DNA of 64,000 nucleotides from Octopus vulgaris (lineage: Eukaryota), in NCBI GenBank assembly GCA_951406725.2, contig OX597831.1, positions 46,872,001-46,936,000 on the forward strand, read 5' to 3'. The position numbers and the translations under genes are program-made. The notes beneath the pieces are model-generated. The model was not told the DNA's origin. It searched no databases and worked only from the letters and a program-made list of their open reading frames with translations. The first letter of the stretch is position 1. Every line of letters starts with the position of its first letter. This document shows, piece after piece, positions 14,686 to 30,930 of this stretch.

Positions 14686-15021
14686 TGATTCCTAATGGAA
14701 GATGCCAAAGACGGAATCTTGGTCTTCTCAACTCATTATTCCCTTCAGTAAACATTGCAATTAAATCAACAGTGTTGTTAAATATTGGTAATTTGTGAAC
14801 AGAACCGCCTGTTGGCTTTGGAATGGATACACACGAACCCACACTTGCATATTGGTCTGTACGTGTGCATGTGTACTTATATGTGTGTGTGTGTGTGTAT
14901 GCACACACACTTACATATACGTATTCCCATAGACCAATAAACAAAGGTGTGTTTACATGCATCCGTTTATGTGTGTATATATGTATAAAGGCACACACAC
15001 ATATATATTATATACATATAG

Positions 15022-15062
<41 letters not shown>

Positions 15063-15151
15063 AAAACATATATATATATTTATGCATGTATATATATGTA
15101 TATACACACATTTGTGCATGTGTATGAATTTAAACAGACACACACACGCAC

Positions 15152-16302
<1,151 letters not shown>

Positions 16303-17172
16303 CTTTTTTATATATACGTATGCATGTATATATATGTATATACACACATTTGTGCATGTGTATGGATATTTAAACACACACACGCGCGCACATATATATG
16401 TATATAGAGCAATAAACAAGGGTGTGTCGTTATGTATTCATTTATATGCGTGTGAATGTACATATGAATGCATGTATGTACGTATGTGTGTTGAGGCAGT
16501 GCTCCAGTATGGTCGTACCCATTACGGCTAAAACAAACTAAAGGAAGAAGTAAAAAGGAAAACAAGAAACCTGCGTAAGTGCCTGCCGGTGCATACGTGC
16601 ACGTGCATGTTTATATGTGTGTCTGTGTGCACCTTTGTATGTGTCTGTGTCTACTTTCGTCTGCATGTGTGTCTCTGTGATAATGTATGTATATACTTTT
16701 GTGTATGTGTGAGTGTATGTGTGTGCGAGTGCTTGTGTGTGTGAGTGTGTGTGCTTGTATGAGTGTGTGTGCTTGTGTGTGTGTGTAAGTGTGTGTGTCC
16801 GTATGTGTGGCATCTTTGGATGCAACATTTCCAGATTTTGACGAATACAAAACTTTAAAGCTTCCAGGCTTCATAGCAGGAAATATATTTGCAAAGCTGG
16901 TATAAAATAAATCGAGAACCTTCAAGCCTAATGTAAGAATTTCATTCACAGATTTTTAAAATTGTACACTTGTTTTGCCTCATTTTTGTTTTGCTTCGAT
17001 TAGATTTTGTTTTCAGTGGATGAGCAGATACGGAGTAGAAGGTGTAGTACGCCCATTTATTTGAAAACTTTTTTCGTTTAAAATAAATTGCCTTAAATTG
17101 TATGTAATTTCCGTTTTTAGCTTTTACATAGTTTAGACTTTGAAACTTTTCAAGCATTATCAATTTAGTAGT

Positions 17173-17282
<110 letters not shown>

Positions 17283-17291
17283 ATATATATA

Positions 17292-17728
17292 ACGTGAAGT
17301 ATATTTGCCACTTAAATGTGGCTAACTACTAAGGGTGGGCGCTACTGTAGCTTGTAGCCCCAGGAGAACATCTTCTCCAGCTGGCTATAGACACACTTTC
17401 TATGCCCTATCAGTATTTGCAAAGGGAAGCCATCATTCCCATCGTCGACCTGACGTGATACGCACGGACCCAGGTTTCTGAGTATTTACCCGTCGTCAGC
17501 ACGAAAAGTCACTGATCTCGAAAAAGTGTAAACAAGCAATAATAAATCTCTGAACGAGGTATAAACAATGTGAATTATATTTGTCACTTAAATATGGCTA
17601 ACCACTAAGGGTGGTTACAAGCTACAAGCTACAGTAGCATCCACCCTTAGTGGTTAGCCACATCTAAGTAGCAAATATACTTCACGCTGTCGTGCAGCTA
17701 CTGTTTATACCTCGTTCAGAGATTATTA
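17292..17728 (-). mobile_element. Penelope-like family 2 remnant with direct and inverted terminal repeats
   Basis: 17292-17340 recurs at 17570-17615; 17540-17728 is a palindrome; contains a hammerhead; flanked by (TA)n on both sides. Confidence 0.65.
17463..17503 (-). ncRNA. Type I hammerhead ribozyme motif (canonical CTGACGA, GUC site)
   Basis: Minus strand CGTG-CTGACGA-CGGGTA(AA)TACTCA-GAAACC(TG)GGTC-CGTG; stem I has two G-U pairs, stem II one C-A mismatch. Confidence 0.65.
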
Positions 17729-17736
17729 TATATATA

Positions 17737-17804
<68 letters not shown>

Positions 17805-18166
17805 CTTAATGTTTTCTTTTCATGTGACTATGACTTGACATAAACTCAAGTCATTATTGCTCGATCGGAATCAGCTCTATGGTCAAAGGCATCCCAACGG
17901 TGATCAACTCGTTCTCTCTTTTCTTCAGTACAGTATTTGTTTTATGTTTCTTCTGACGTTCGAAAACCTGTTCTGTGACTTTTAAGAAGGTGAAGGACTG
18001 TTGTGTAACCACAAGTAAATCATCATTGAGTAGACCTACTGTATTATTTGCAGCTTTGTAACATTGTGTAGGCCGTAGGTTTAACGAGTACAGCCAAAGG
18101 CAACTGTTATTTCTGTTAGCACGCTGGTGGTTGTGTGCTTATAAAGTTAATTGTTGAAAGTGGTTA

Positions 18167-18682
18167 CCGTAAATCCTCGAGTATAATCCGCATTTTTTTC
18201 CCAGAATTAAAAGGTCAAAATCCCTAGTGCGTGCTATATACGAGGGTTAAAAATGAAAATTATTTTCTAAGCAATGTCCGAGTCTCTATTTGCTGTCCGG
18301 CAATGTTTATGCAGACGCATTTTGTGATGTCGGCCGCGAAAATAGCTTCAGATAAACCTGAAAGCAATGAAGTCTTAAAAGAATCATCCATAACTTGCAG
18401 TAAGCAACATTTATTAAAATAAAAGTATTCAGAACACAGAATAACATGTAACAAAAACAATTTGCAAACATATTTACATTCCCAGTTAAGAACATCACCA
18501 TTATTGTATTATGCATGCGCGGAAGTGTTTGTTCGACTAGGTGCTGCTGGCTTAATTGCGCACGACTCAAGTTAGAGAAGGAGTGCGTATTATACACAAG
18601 GTTTAGGTTTTTCAGAGGTACAGCCCCCTAAAAATCCCCTGTGTATTATACTCAAGGGCGGACTATACTCGAAGATTTACGA
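18167..18682. mobile_element. Tc2/pogo-type MITE
   Basis: TIRs CCGTAAATCCTCGAGTATA / TATACTCGAAGATTTACGA, TA on both sides, internal subterminal repeats GCGT(G/A)(C/T)TATA. Confidence 0.8.
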
Positions 18683-18769
18683 TATTTGAATTAAAGATGA
18701 TAGTTTAAATTATGAAAAACTGCATTACTGACGTGTGTTACTTGATTAAAGAAATGTTCAGTGCATACC

Positions 18770-19560
18770 CTCGTAATACAAATACGGATGTGAAAATGAG
18801 ATGTATTGCTTTGAGTTCAAAATTTAAACTTGAATTCATTTTTAAAGATACAACAGCAACAACATTTTATGCTGTTGAGAACAACAATGGAGAAAGAATA
18901 AGACAGTAAAATATCAAATTGTAAACAATCTCTAAGGAGAAAGCCGGTTCGCTGTTTGGAACTGTAAAAAGAATTGACTGACTGAGTGGATGACAAGGGG
19001 AAATATGGTTATTTTGTAAGAACACGGTTCTGTTCACAAATTATTAATATTCGACTTTACTATCGATTTAATTGTAATGTTTACTGAAGAGAATAATGAA
19101 TTGAGAAGACAAAGATTCCATCTCTACAAGCAAATGTTACAAAAAATATAGTTAGTTATTCATTCGGATAAATTTTTTTTTTTATATGGGTGGGACCAGA
19201 GATTCTTTGGAAAGCACTTTAGCTCTATATCAGATCGTGCAGTTTCATTGCTTTATAATAAAATTATGGAAGTGGCATGGATTTGAACTGAATCAAGTTA
19301 GAAACCTGGATGAGATGTCCATGTCTCTGACATTCGAGGGACAGAATCCATATAAAATAGGAAATAGGAAAAACTATGTTAGAATATGATATGAAAGACA
19401 TTTTACTGAAGTTTTGTGTTGTCTAGTTGAATGAACTAAAGAAAATCTCAAGGTTATTTTAAAAGAATAACAATCCCAAAAAGTTCAAAAATGTTCCTTC
19501 TCGAGTTATTCAATGGCCGAGTGGATGGTGAAGAAGAAAAGTGAACGCTGGTGGGAACTC
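18770..19560 (+). pseudogene. Decayed pogo/Tc2-like DDE transposase
   Basis: Remnants KFKLEFI, NQVRNLDEMSMSL (cf. QIGNMDETP), ERHFTEVLCC (cf. EKTHFTVVLAC); many stops. Confidence 0.5.
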
Positions 19561-19814
19561 GAGGAGAAAAGTTTGTCAGTATTATATTAGATATGTTAAA
19601 CTAGAACATGGGTGTGGGGTTCGATAGATAACATAGATGTTAGGATTTTATCGGTACGTAGAACAGACACGACACTCAGACAGATTACAGAAGTCGTACA
19701 CATAATAAAGAACAGACCGAGCCAAAAACGAAAGCTTTCTGAAAAATATTCAGTACTTCTATGCATCCATATGTATAAAGGTTGATAGATAGATACACAC
19801 ATAGATAGATAGAC

Positions 19815-19895
<81 letters not shown>

Positions 19896-20026
19896 CACAG
19901 ACAGACAGACAGAAGTTGTTTGATCTTACGATGATCCCTCAATTTCAAATTTTTTTACCTGCGATTAAAACACGCACATATCCACACGCGCACACATACG
20001 CACGCATGCACACACACTTACGCAAG

Positions 20027-20075
<49 letters not shown>

Positions 20076-20164
20076 GCACGCACACACACTCACGCATACG
20101 GATATATTGTCACTCTCAAAAGTTCATTATTCAGTTCGCTTGTCATATTTTCAACAAAAAAACA

Positions 20165-20211
<47 letters not shown>

Positions 20212-21027
20212 AAGGTTCCAAAATGTTAATTTTTAATTTCCTGTTTTAATTATAAAATTATCTTTTTCGCGTAACATCACTCCACACATGAAAACAGTTT
20301 TTCTTTCTTTCAACTTTAGAATCCCACTTGTCCAAATTCTTGTTTTCCATTAAACCTCTCCTTTTCTTTCCTTTTTTTTTTTCCATATGTTTCATCGTCG
20401 TCAACCAACCAATTTATTGTTTTTATTTTCGTGTTACATTCGCAAAAAAATTTCATTGATGATAGTGATTTAGTATCTGTCACTGTTGCCGTTGCGAGTC
20501 TTCCATTTTATTTTTCAATTTTACTTTAGCCACAAATTTTTAGCTATCTCAGTTGAACATTAGTTGTAATTTCAGTGGATGTCTTCTACGATTAATCCCT
20601 GTTGGATTAAAAAAACAATCTGAAAAAAAACGTCGAAGCATAAAAATAAATTCAAGGACGTCACTAACAACAGCACATCCTAATTGCAATCCAAAGCACC
20701 TTCTTCCTTGACAAAATGATTCAAACAGTTATATCTTCAGACGCTTATTAGCCCAAATATCGTTACACGGTTGCTTGAAATTTAGAGGCATCCATGAAAT
20801 ACACAATTCCTATTCAAACCTATCATTTTACTGAAGCTTTTATATCGAGTCTGATAGAGAATTATCTGTAAACCACAATAACATATGAAAGACTAAGTAC
20901 CCAGTACGTTTTGAATGTAAAAAGCAGTGTTCTAAAAACGATACGGTTCATGGAAATCCTGAAAACCTTTTCAGATACGAAATGCAGAAAAAAAACCCTT
21001 TTGGTATGTATAGTAGTAGAATACAGT

Positions 21028-21512
21028 GTGGAGGCGCAATGGCCCGGTGGTTAGGGCAGCGGACTCGCGGTCATAGGATCGCGTTTTCGATTCCTAGACC
21101 GGGCATTGTGAGTGTTTATTGAGCGAAAACACCTTAAGCTCCACGAAGCCCAGGAAGGAGAGGGGGTGAACCCTGCTGTACTCTTTCACCACAACTTTCT
21201 CTCCCTCTTTCTTCCTGTTTCTGTTGTACCTGTATTTCAAAGGGCCAGCCTTGTCACACTGTGTCACGCTGAATCTCCCCGAGAACTACGTTAAGGGTAC
21301 ACGTGTCTGTGGAGTGCTCAGCCACTTGCACGTTAATAAATGAGCTGCGACGTCACTGGTGCCAAGCTGTATCGGCCTTTGGCTTTCCCTTGGATAACAT
21401 TGGTGGCGTGGAGAGGGTAGGCTGGTATCCGTGGGCCAGCCTTCCCTCTCAACCTAGCCTAGACTTGTGCCTCGGAGGGTAACTTTCTAGGTGCAATCCC
21501 ATGGCCATTCAT
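21028..21512 (+). mobile_element. SINE family B, tail type 2
   Basis: Head matches 350 and 49542 copies; different 3' part from ~21340. Confidence 0.8.
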
Positions 21513-21942
21513 ATACTGGTAAAACTTACCGTAATTCGTTTAGATGGCAACATTTTGCATTAACAAATGCATTTAAACTTTCTGTCTACTACCTGCTCTA
21601 TTTCAATTAGATACGATTGGCGAGTTTTCAGATGTAAATTTTTCATCGATTTCAATTTTTGAGTATAAGGGGTCCACTGAACTTGAAATGCCACGGGCCC
21701 TCCCAATTTAACTTTAGATCCAGACTTGAATATATATATATATATTTTCCTCTTTTTACTGGTTTTAGTCATTAGACTGATTTTTAGTCGAACAAATCGA
21801 CAACGGTACTCTTTTTTAAGCTGGGTATTTATTCTATCAGACTTTTGACCGAACAACTAACTTACAGAGACGTATATAGACCAACGCTGAATGTCAAGTG
21901 GCGCTGAATAGAAAAACACAAATGCAAATACACATACATACA

Positions 21943-21978
<36 letters not shown>

Positions 21979-21999
21979 GATATAATAATAATAATAATA

Positions 22000-22246
22000 A
22001 TATTAGGGAATATGATTTCAGACTTACAGGGAAAAGTTCAATTTAGTAATACTAAATCAAATTTCAAAATATATAAATATATATATGCCAGAGTAAGCAC
22101 AGAAATGCAAAACAAGGTGGAAAAAATAGTACTCGAATACCAGAGGTGGAGTAGTATGCTTTATTAAAAAGCTGCAAAAATATTACAAAATCTGTTACTC
22201 AGAGTTTCACATTCACGTTCGTCGGACAGATTTGTTTAGAATCTAA
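22000..22246 (-). mobile_element. Penelope-like family 3 remnant
   Basis: Non-coding segment between (TAA)n and (CA)n carrying a hammerhead motif. Confidence 0.5.
22188..22233 (-). ncRNA. Type I hammerhead ribozyme motif (CCGACGA core, GUA site)
   Basis: Minus strand AAATCTGT-CCGACGA-ACG(TGAA)TGT-GAAACTC(T)GAGT-A-ACAGATTT: perfect 8-bp stem I, palindromic stem III. Confidence 0.7.
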
Positions 22247-22257
22247 ACACACACACG

Positions 22258-22322
<65 letters not shown>

Positions 22323-22674
22323 AGAAAAAAGGAAAGGTAAAAGGTCAATGTTTTGTCAACTGAAATATAGAGATCTCAGATACGATTAATTCCAGCAGAA
22401 TCAACACTGCACGTGCTAAAATAACTTCGTGGTTAGGGAACTTTCAATATATGTCTATATGCAATATCATTTTTACACAACTGGGCTACCAGTGAATAGG
22501 TTCTCAATTGTTATGTCAACTTCACTATTGACTTTTGTTTTCCTACACAAAAGTTTTATTTAAAAACATGCAAATACACGTTTTCAGCTTAATCCTAATT
22601 GATTCATCACAAAATAACTCTTTTTCTTTCCTTCCTTGTTTTTTAGAAATAAAATCCAAAACTGCATGTAACCG

Positions 22675-23671
<997 letters not shown>

Positions 23672-23674
<3 letters not shown>

Positions 23675-23892
23675 GGCGGCGAGCTGGCAGAATCGTTAGC
23701 CCGCCGGGCATAATGTTTAGCGGCATTTCATCTGCCTTTACGTTCTGAGTGCAAATTCCACCGAGGTCGACTTTGCCTTTCATCCTTTCGGAGTCGATAA
23801 AATAAGTACCAGTTGAACACTGGGGTCGATGTAATCGATTCATCCCACCCTTTCCCCCCAAATTCAGGTTATGTGCCTGTAGCAAAAAGGAT
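23672..23892 (+). mobile_element. SINE family C (Meta-domain-like), monomer
   Basis: AAGGCGGCGAGCTGGCAGAA head and GAGGTCGACTTTGCCTTTCATCCTTTCGGxGTCGATAAA core shared with other copies. Confidence 0.8.
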
Positions 23893-23923
23893 TATCATTA
23901 TTATTACTATTATTATTATTTAT

Positions 23924-24830
23924 TGCCTTTGCACATCTTCTAACGCTGGAGATGTGCTACTGTGTCAGCTGTTCACTACCTGTGAACTAAGGTAACACCT
24001 CTTATTTTTCGAGCGCCTTCCGGAGTATTCGAGCGGTTCCAAGCAGTGCTGTTTTCTGCAAGTGCTCCACCCTTATTGCAGCCCCTATTTGTTCCACATA
24101 CTTCTCGAGATTTTTGCTCACTATTCCCAGGACTCCGACAAATATTGGTACTACTGCTACCTTTTTCATCGACTACAACTGCTTAACTTCCCTGGCTAAC
24201 CTGTCATATCTCTCGACTTTTTTTTCTTCCTTATCGCTTATAGCTGGGCATGCTATATCTATGATCCAGCATAGTTTGTTTTCTTTCTCAATTAAGACTA
24301 TATCCGGCTTCCAATTCTCAATCTCATGGTCACACTGAATCATAAAATCCCATAGGATCTTTACATTTCTATTTTCGACAATGCCTTCAGGTTTGTAGTC
24401 GTACCAATTTTTTGCTCTGTAAAGTCCATTGTCGTGACGTCTCTTATATTCTTTCTGGGCTAGTGGCGTACATTGGCTGGTAATATGCCATACGGTTTCA
24501 CCGTTTTGTCCACAAATTCTGCACTTATCACTTTCTGATGTGCTGTCTATTCTGTATTTTATGTACTTTGTTCTTAGTGCTTGTTCTTGGACAGCACAGA
24601 TTAGAGTTTCCGTTTCCTGTTTTAAATCACTTTTAGTCATCCACAGCTATCTTTTTCCCCTGTCTGTCTTATCTTCAACATCCCTATGAAATTGACCATG
24701 CATTCTTTTCTTTACCCACCTATTTTCAGTTTCATCTTTTATACCAAGACAAAACAATGTACATGATAACACTTCCAATCAGTTAAGCTGAGAAGCCATG
24801 AGAGCCACTGCCTGGTGCTGCATCGGGGCA
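23924..24830 (-). mobile_element. Second R4/Dong-like element, internally deleted (5' leader fused to 3' ORF end)
   Basis: MHGQFHR, LKQETE, CRICGQNGETVWHITSQC, RRHD, KPDIVL..IDIACP motifs; 24735-24830 matches the start of the 57400 element. Confidence 0.85.
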
Positions 24831-25519
24831 GAATATTATCATCATTATCATCACCACCATCATCATCGACATCATCATCATCATAATATTATTATTGTTA
24901 TTATTATTATTGTTGTTGTTGTTGTTGTTGTTGTTATATTTTTAAAAAATTGAGCAAATCTTCACAAAGGTAAATAGACAATGCGAAGAGCGCAATGCGA
25001 TTGCAATGAATATTTTTTTGGTTGAACGATATTTCGACAGCCTGCGTGTCTTTGTCGCGTTCAAACTGAAAAGAGGTAAAAATTCAAATCCAAGATATGA
25101 ACGAGTGCAACCAACGTCCTCACGTTTATTGAACGACATCGTCAGTCTTGAAATTTCAAGTTTACAACTGTCAAAAAGAAAAGAAACGAAAAAAGAATAA
25201 AAAAGAAGAATATTTAATCAAGCAGTTTTGTGTCAATATGATGAATGTGGGATGATGTGAGCTTGCAAAATAACTCATTATTCTGCCTCCAGAAAACTTA
25301 ACGCTAGTTTTTGACTTAAAAAGAAATCATACATCTGCACCCGGCAGTGAAAATGAGGGGGAATTCCCCAAACCAAAAAATGAACCCCAAAATAAAACAC
25401 AATAAAACATCCTGTCCCAGACCAACACACACACTCACCAAAATAAAACATAGAAAACTCACTCACAACAGCTACACATGCACCTACAGCATCACCAAAA
25501 TCTCCAGCACCACACCCGT

Positions 25520-26950
25520 CAACACATCTAACTCTATCACAACCAGCGTCACCAACGCTGCCACAATTACAACCCTCGAATCCATGCGGATGTGTTCCGA
25601 AGTGGAACGCACTTTGAGTCGGAGACGGGGGTGGATTTCACCTCTTACCTCGGCAGTATATTGCGCCTTTCCGCCAGGAATGTGGAATACTTCGAAATGC
25701 CGAAGACATATGACATGCGATGACGGGCAGCACAAGAGAAAAGTCTCCGGGGATGGATGGTCAGCTCTTGGACTTTATTTTCATATGCCAAACTTGTCGG
25801 ATGTCTACAGCAATTGGCAGCAGAACGGGAGAATACACAGAGTTGTGAACCGTGGCTTGGTGGTACTGCTGAGAAAGGACCCGAACAAGGATGACCAAAC
25901 AGACAATTTGAGTACTATAACTCTGCTGAACGCAGATAATAAGATTTTAACCAAGGAGTTACAAAGAGATTGACGTTTCTCGCCGCTAAGCCTGTCAGTG
26001 ATGTGCAGACATGCGCTATCACAAACAGATCTAATCACAACAACCTCCACCTCACGTGCTACATCATAGAGAGGGTAAGTAAGGAACCTGAGGAACCTGG
26101 AATGGGTGGGGCCCTGATCAATTTGGATCAATCAAAAACTTTTGACAGGGTCAAACACCAGTACTTGGAGGCTGTCCGCGAGGCGACCAGTTTTGGTCCC
26201 ATTTTCAGAGGCTAGATTTCTGCAATGTACTGCGACATCTGTTCAGTGGTCAAAGTAAATAGCCATCTATCGGAATCGTTTAGCATCACTCGTCCGGTCT
26301 GTCAAGGATGTCCACTCTCACCTGCTCTGTACGTGCTGGCTCTTGAGTCATTACTAAGGAAGTTAGATGTTTTGAGGGGCATCCCACGTGAACTAAGATG
26401 CGGAAGGTTCGTACTGGCTCATAAAATTTTGCTAACACCTGTCCCTTAGATAGCCAACGCACTTTTAGAATGATACAGAAAGTTCACACTGAATACCTCA
26501 TCGTCCAGCTTTAGCATGTTACGAAACTGACGATGTCGTGTTGCATTTTCACGAATATAGTAAACAATCTTCATTACTTGTTGCAAAGTATCACTTAAAA
26601 CAATGGATCTAGCACAGGGATTTTGCTGATATAAGATACAATGGAGAGAAATGAGAGTATCTGGATTTGATAATACTCTTTCTCTCTATACAATAAACCC
26701 ATAATAGTATCGGGCATGTCGGAAATCGAGATGATCGGCACTGCTTTAAGAGGAGTGCGAAGCGGTGACAGGAGCAAAGATTAACCAGAAGTCTGTGGGC
26801 TTCAGCTCGGAACTTGGAGAGGCAGTTCCATGTCCGACAGTGTCGTGGGGTGCTGGACGGAAGGACCGGTTAAATTGCTTGGGGTCTGGTTTGGCCCGAA
26901 CCTCAAGGTGGACAAGAGATGGGGGCAGGTGAGAGAGCAGGGTGGGGGCG
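25520..26950 (+). pseudogene. Decayed Tx1/L1-clade LINE ORF2 (RT region), interrupted at ~26425-26700
   Basis: ITLLNADNKILTK, INLDQSKTFDRVKHQYL, VCQGCPLSPALYVLALE, VKLLGVWFG motifs across several frames. Confidence 0.8.
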
Positions 26951-27490
26951 CAGTTAGAAATAATTATTTGACGCTAGACAAATATATCATAAGGGGTTCA
27001 GACCACTCTAAAGTCGACATCTTAATATTTCTCTGGTCTGGTTTGGCCCGAACCTCAAGGTGGACAAGAGATGGGGGCAGGTGAGAGAGCAGAGTGGGGG
27101 CGCAGTTAGAAATAATTATTTGACGCTAGACAAATATATCATAAGGGGTTCAGACCACTCTAAAGTCGACATCTTAATATTTCTCTGGTCTGGTTTGGCC
27201 CGAACCTCAAGGTGGACAAGAGATGGGGGCAGGTGAGAGAGCAGGGTGGGGGCGCAGTTAGAAATAATTATTTGACGCTAGACAAATATATCATAAGGGG
27301 TTCAGACCACTCTAAAGTCGACATCTTAATATTTCTCTGGTCTGGTTTGGCCCGAACCTCAAGGTGGACAAGAGATGGGGGCAGGTGAGAGAGCAGGGTG
27401 GGGGCGCAGTAAGAAATAATTATTTGACGCTAGACAAATATATCATAAGGGGTTCAGACCACTCTAAAGTCGACATCTTAATATTTCTCT
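26883..27490. repeat. Tandem array, 4 x 152 bp, near-identical
   Basis: Units start at 26883, 27035, 27187, 27339. Confidence 0.95.
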
Positions 27491-27864
27491 GACTTGAATC
27501 GATAAAATATAATTATTTGCAATATAGTGCTATTTACGTAGTATTTATACATTTCAGATCCAATAATATTGACATTATGTCTAAAAATTTTGTTCTATGT
27601 ACGAATGCCAACATATAATCGGGATATAAAGCTTAAAGTTCCGAGTTAATCCAACCGTTCCTAAATATTTTACTCTCTGCTGACTTTGGATGTGATTTTT
27701 CGTATCTATTGAATACGTAATAAAGTCAACCGATGTGCATTACTTTATATATATGTGTGTGTGTGTGCGTGTGTGTGAGTGTGAATGTGCGTGTATGTGT
27801 GTGTATTTGTTTGTCTGTCTCTGTGTGTGTCTGCATGCGTGTCTGTGTGAGAAAGAGAGAGTGA

Positions 27865-27904
<40 letters not shown>

Positions 27905-28291
27905 GTAAATTGCTCACATTATACTTCAATTCCTCTCTCAAGCATGTGAATTCAGCATGTGATCAGATTCCTCTGAACAGCATGGTTCCGTTTTAAATAC
28001 TCTTAACTTCGTCTAAAAACACTCACACACTCACGCACATAATCACGCACATACTCACGCACACGTTCACACACACGCACGCACACACACACACACTCAC
28101 ACACACACTGTGTCTAGACAAGCTTTTCATCTTTAAGTTCTAACAGATCACTGATCAAAGTTACAAGTTATTTATTTAACAAGATTTTGCAGCGTATCTG
28201 AACAATACGCAATAACACACGTGATCTACGTATGTATAGCGGCAATCGTGCGTACGTATATCTGTCCATATATGTATGTTTATGCTTCTGT

Positions 28292-28361
<70 letters not shown>

Positions 28362-28555
28362 TGATACGTATGCCCATACATATGTATAACAAGATATTGC
28401 TGTATAGACAAATTGCTCCGGATAGAGTTAGGGATGGGACTAAACAAATTGGTCAAACTCCGCAACTCATTGACAAAATCTTCCATCTTGCCTTGCATGT
28501 AGCGTTCGTACATCACATAAACTTAGCTTTGATTGCTCTGACCGAAACTTTCTCC

Positions 28556-28617
<62 letters not shown>

Positions 28618-28772
28618 CGCTCGCTCGCTCTTTTCCTTCTCACTAATTAAAGGATATGATCAAACGGAAATAGATCAGAGCTATCCGATCTAAATAAGGA
28701 CCATGCGCTTCTTTACTATTACACATATACGCTTAGTTGAATGCGCATGCATGTATGAGTGTGTGTGTGTAA

Positions 28773-28823
<51 letters not shown>

Positions 28824-28967
28824 CATATATATATGCATGTAAGACGATTATATTTATGTGTATGTGTGAGTGTGTGCGTGTGTATATATATATATATATA
28901 TATACACAAACGCACACACACATATATAAATATTTATATGTAAATGCATATATGTGCATAATATAAA

Positions 28968-29024
<57 letters not shown>

Positions 29025-29831
29025 GTATATATTTATATATATAAATGTTTATATTTTTATATATGTGTATATACATATATACATACATATATATATATTT
29101 ATAAATATATATATATATATATAAAAATATACACACACGCATACACACATACACATGCACGTACTCACACGCATGCACACACACGCGCGCACAGACACTC
29201 ACGTGTGCGCGTGTGTGCAAAAACGAAAGGCTATATCGTCCTTTTCTTTGGGTTTTAATTGCAGCCATACTTCACATGTCTGTATCTACTAAATGAGAGA
29301 AGTATTTACTTTGCTTGTGAGTTCTCTACTTTCAAACTTATCGCTGCTGCCAAACATCTTCAGAATCCACAGTAATAATGATGAATGGGAATTCTTTGAA
29401 GGTAAACATTATTAAGATGGGTTTATTCGATACTTTTCTGTCAAGGGAAAGAACTATGCTTAATCTATTTTATCTTTTTGTTTTTTAAGTAGTAATGCTA
29501 ATGATATAATCCGATTGTATATCCGTGTTTTGTTTTAATTTATCTCACCGGTGCAACATAGGATTTTCATTCTAAATGTTTTCATCTATTTATAGAAATC
29601 AGATAAGGTTTTCCACTCAGAATATCAGTGAGGGAGAGGATTATAAATATATTAACGGAAAAATCTTTTTTCTAAGACAAAAAGAAAACGAACGGCAAAT
29701 GTCTCTAACACATTTTTTTCCAAATCAAGAAGATATTGAGAGATTTGACTTTATTGAAGTGTTCTCTTTATTTTATAGATTTTACCACAGATTTTGTTCA
29801 ACTCGGTGGAATGGCATTGTTAATCTAAGTA

Positions 29832-30374
29832 TTAGGTTGTCCGGAAAGTTCGTGCTGATTTTTAAAGGAAAGAAAAAGGTCAATAAATACTTGCCATTAC
29901 ATTTTTAATCAACCAAATATGAACCATTTTGTTGCACAATGCGTCTCTATCTTTCCTTTGACTTGAAAATACCCTCTTCCCAGAATTAAGGTGGTTTCAT
30001 GGCAAAGAATTCATCAAAGTATCTTTTTACATCATCCAAGGAATTGGAATTTTTACCATTAAGACTATTCTGCAGAGACCTGAATAAGTGGAAATCCGAA
30101 GGAGCAATATCTGGTGAATATGGAGGGTGGGGTAACACATCCCAGCCGAGCTGCAGCAATTTTTGTCTGGTTCCCAAAGCATCAAGTGCCGAAAATGAAC
30201 TTTCTCATCTTCTATTTTAAAGAGTTACTGAATTAACACGGGTTATAGGAACATAAACCTTCTTCCACGAAAAGATAGGTGTAGTCAAATCCTATTTTAT
30301 GGACTCAACCATGTTCTAAAATAAGTCGAAAGGTAAGCTACTATAAATCGGCACAAACTTTCCGGACAACCCAA
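29832..30374 (-). mobile_element. Internally deleted mariner element
   Basis: ~30-bp TIRs TTRGGTTGTCCGGAAAGTT, TA duplication, C-terminal LPHPPYSPDIAPSDFHLF motif. Confidence 0.92.
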
Positions 30375-30930
30375 TATTTACAGAACGTTTTCATTACTAA
30401 GCCTCTTTTATTAGTTATATCGATATATTGCGCGAGTATATATCTACTGAGCGAACAAACCTGAAAATCTCCATATTTCCTCTTGAATCTAAGGATTCGT
30501 ACGAAAAACGTTTCTCTCGAAAGTGAATGGTTAAGAAGTTCGCTTTGAAACCCCGAGGTCCTAGTTTTGATAGTATTGCGTGACATCTTAGGTGAGTGCC
30601 ATTTTCTATAGGCTTGGATCGACTCATGTCACGTGAATAACATTGGATAGACGAAAACAGTACAAAAAGCCCTCTGATGGATTATGCCTTTAATCAACGG
30701 TACAGCCTAGTCACGCATTCTGTGTCAAACTGATTCTGCCTGAGAATTACGTTAAGACTACGTACGTCTGTGGAATGCTCAGCTGCTAAGAGGCTAATAG
30801 AATGAGAAGATAATACATTTGAATAACTGAACGTTCATCGTCGAAACCGACGGGATCTATCCATTGATATATATATATATAAAATTATTATCACTGTTAT
30901 GTTATTATTAATATTATTATTATTATTATT

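Noticed and set aside
26883-27490. CRISPR-like array (also 37945-38520 and family C multimers)
   Set aside because: Units repeat over their whole length with no unique spacers, no cas genes, eukaryotic context.
28385-28516. Protein-like stretch MYERYMQGKMEDFVNELRSLTNLF on the minus strand
   Set aside because: Short, no recognisable family, no convincing splice sites, runs into microsatellite.
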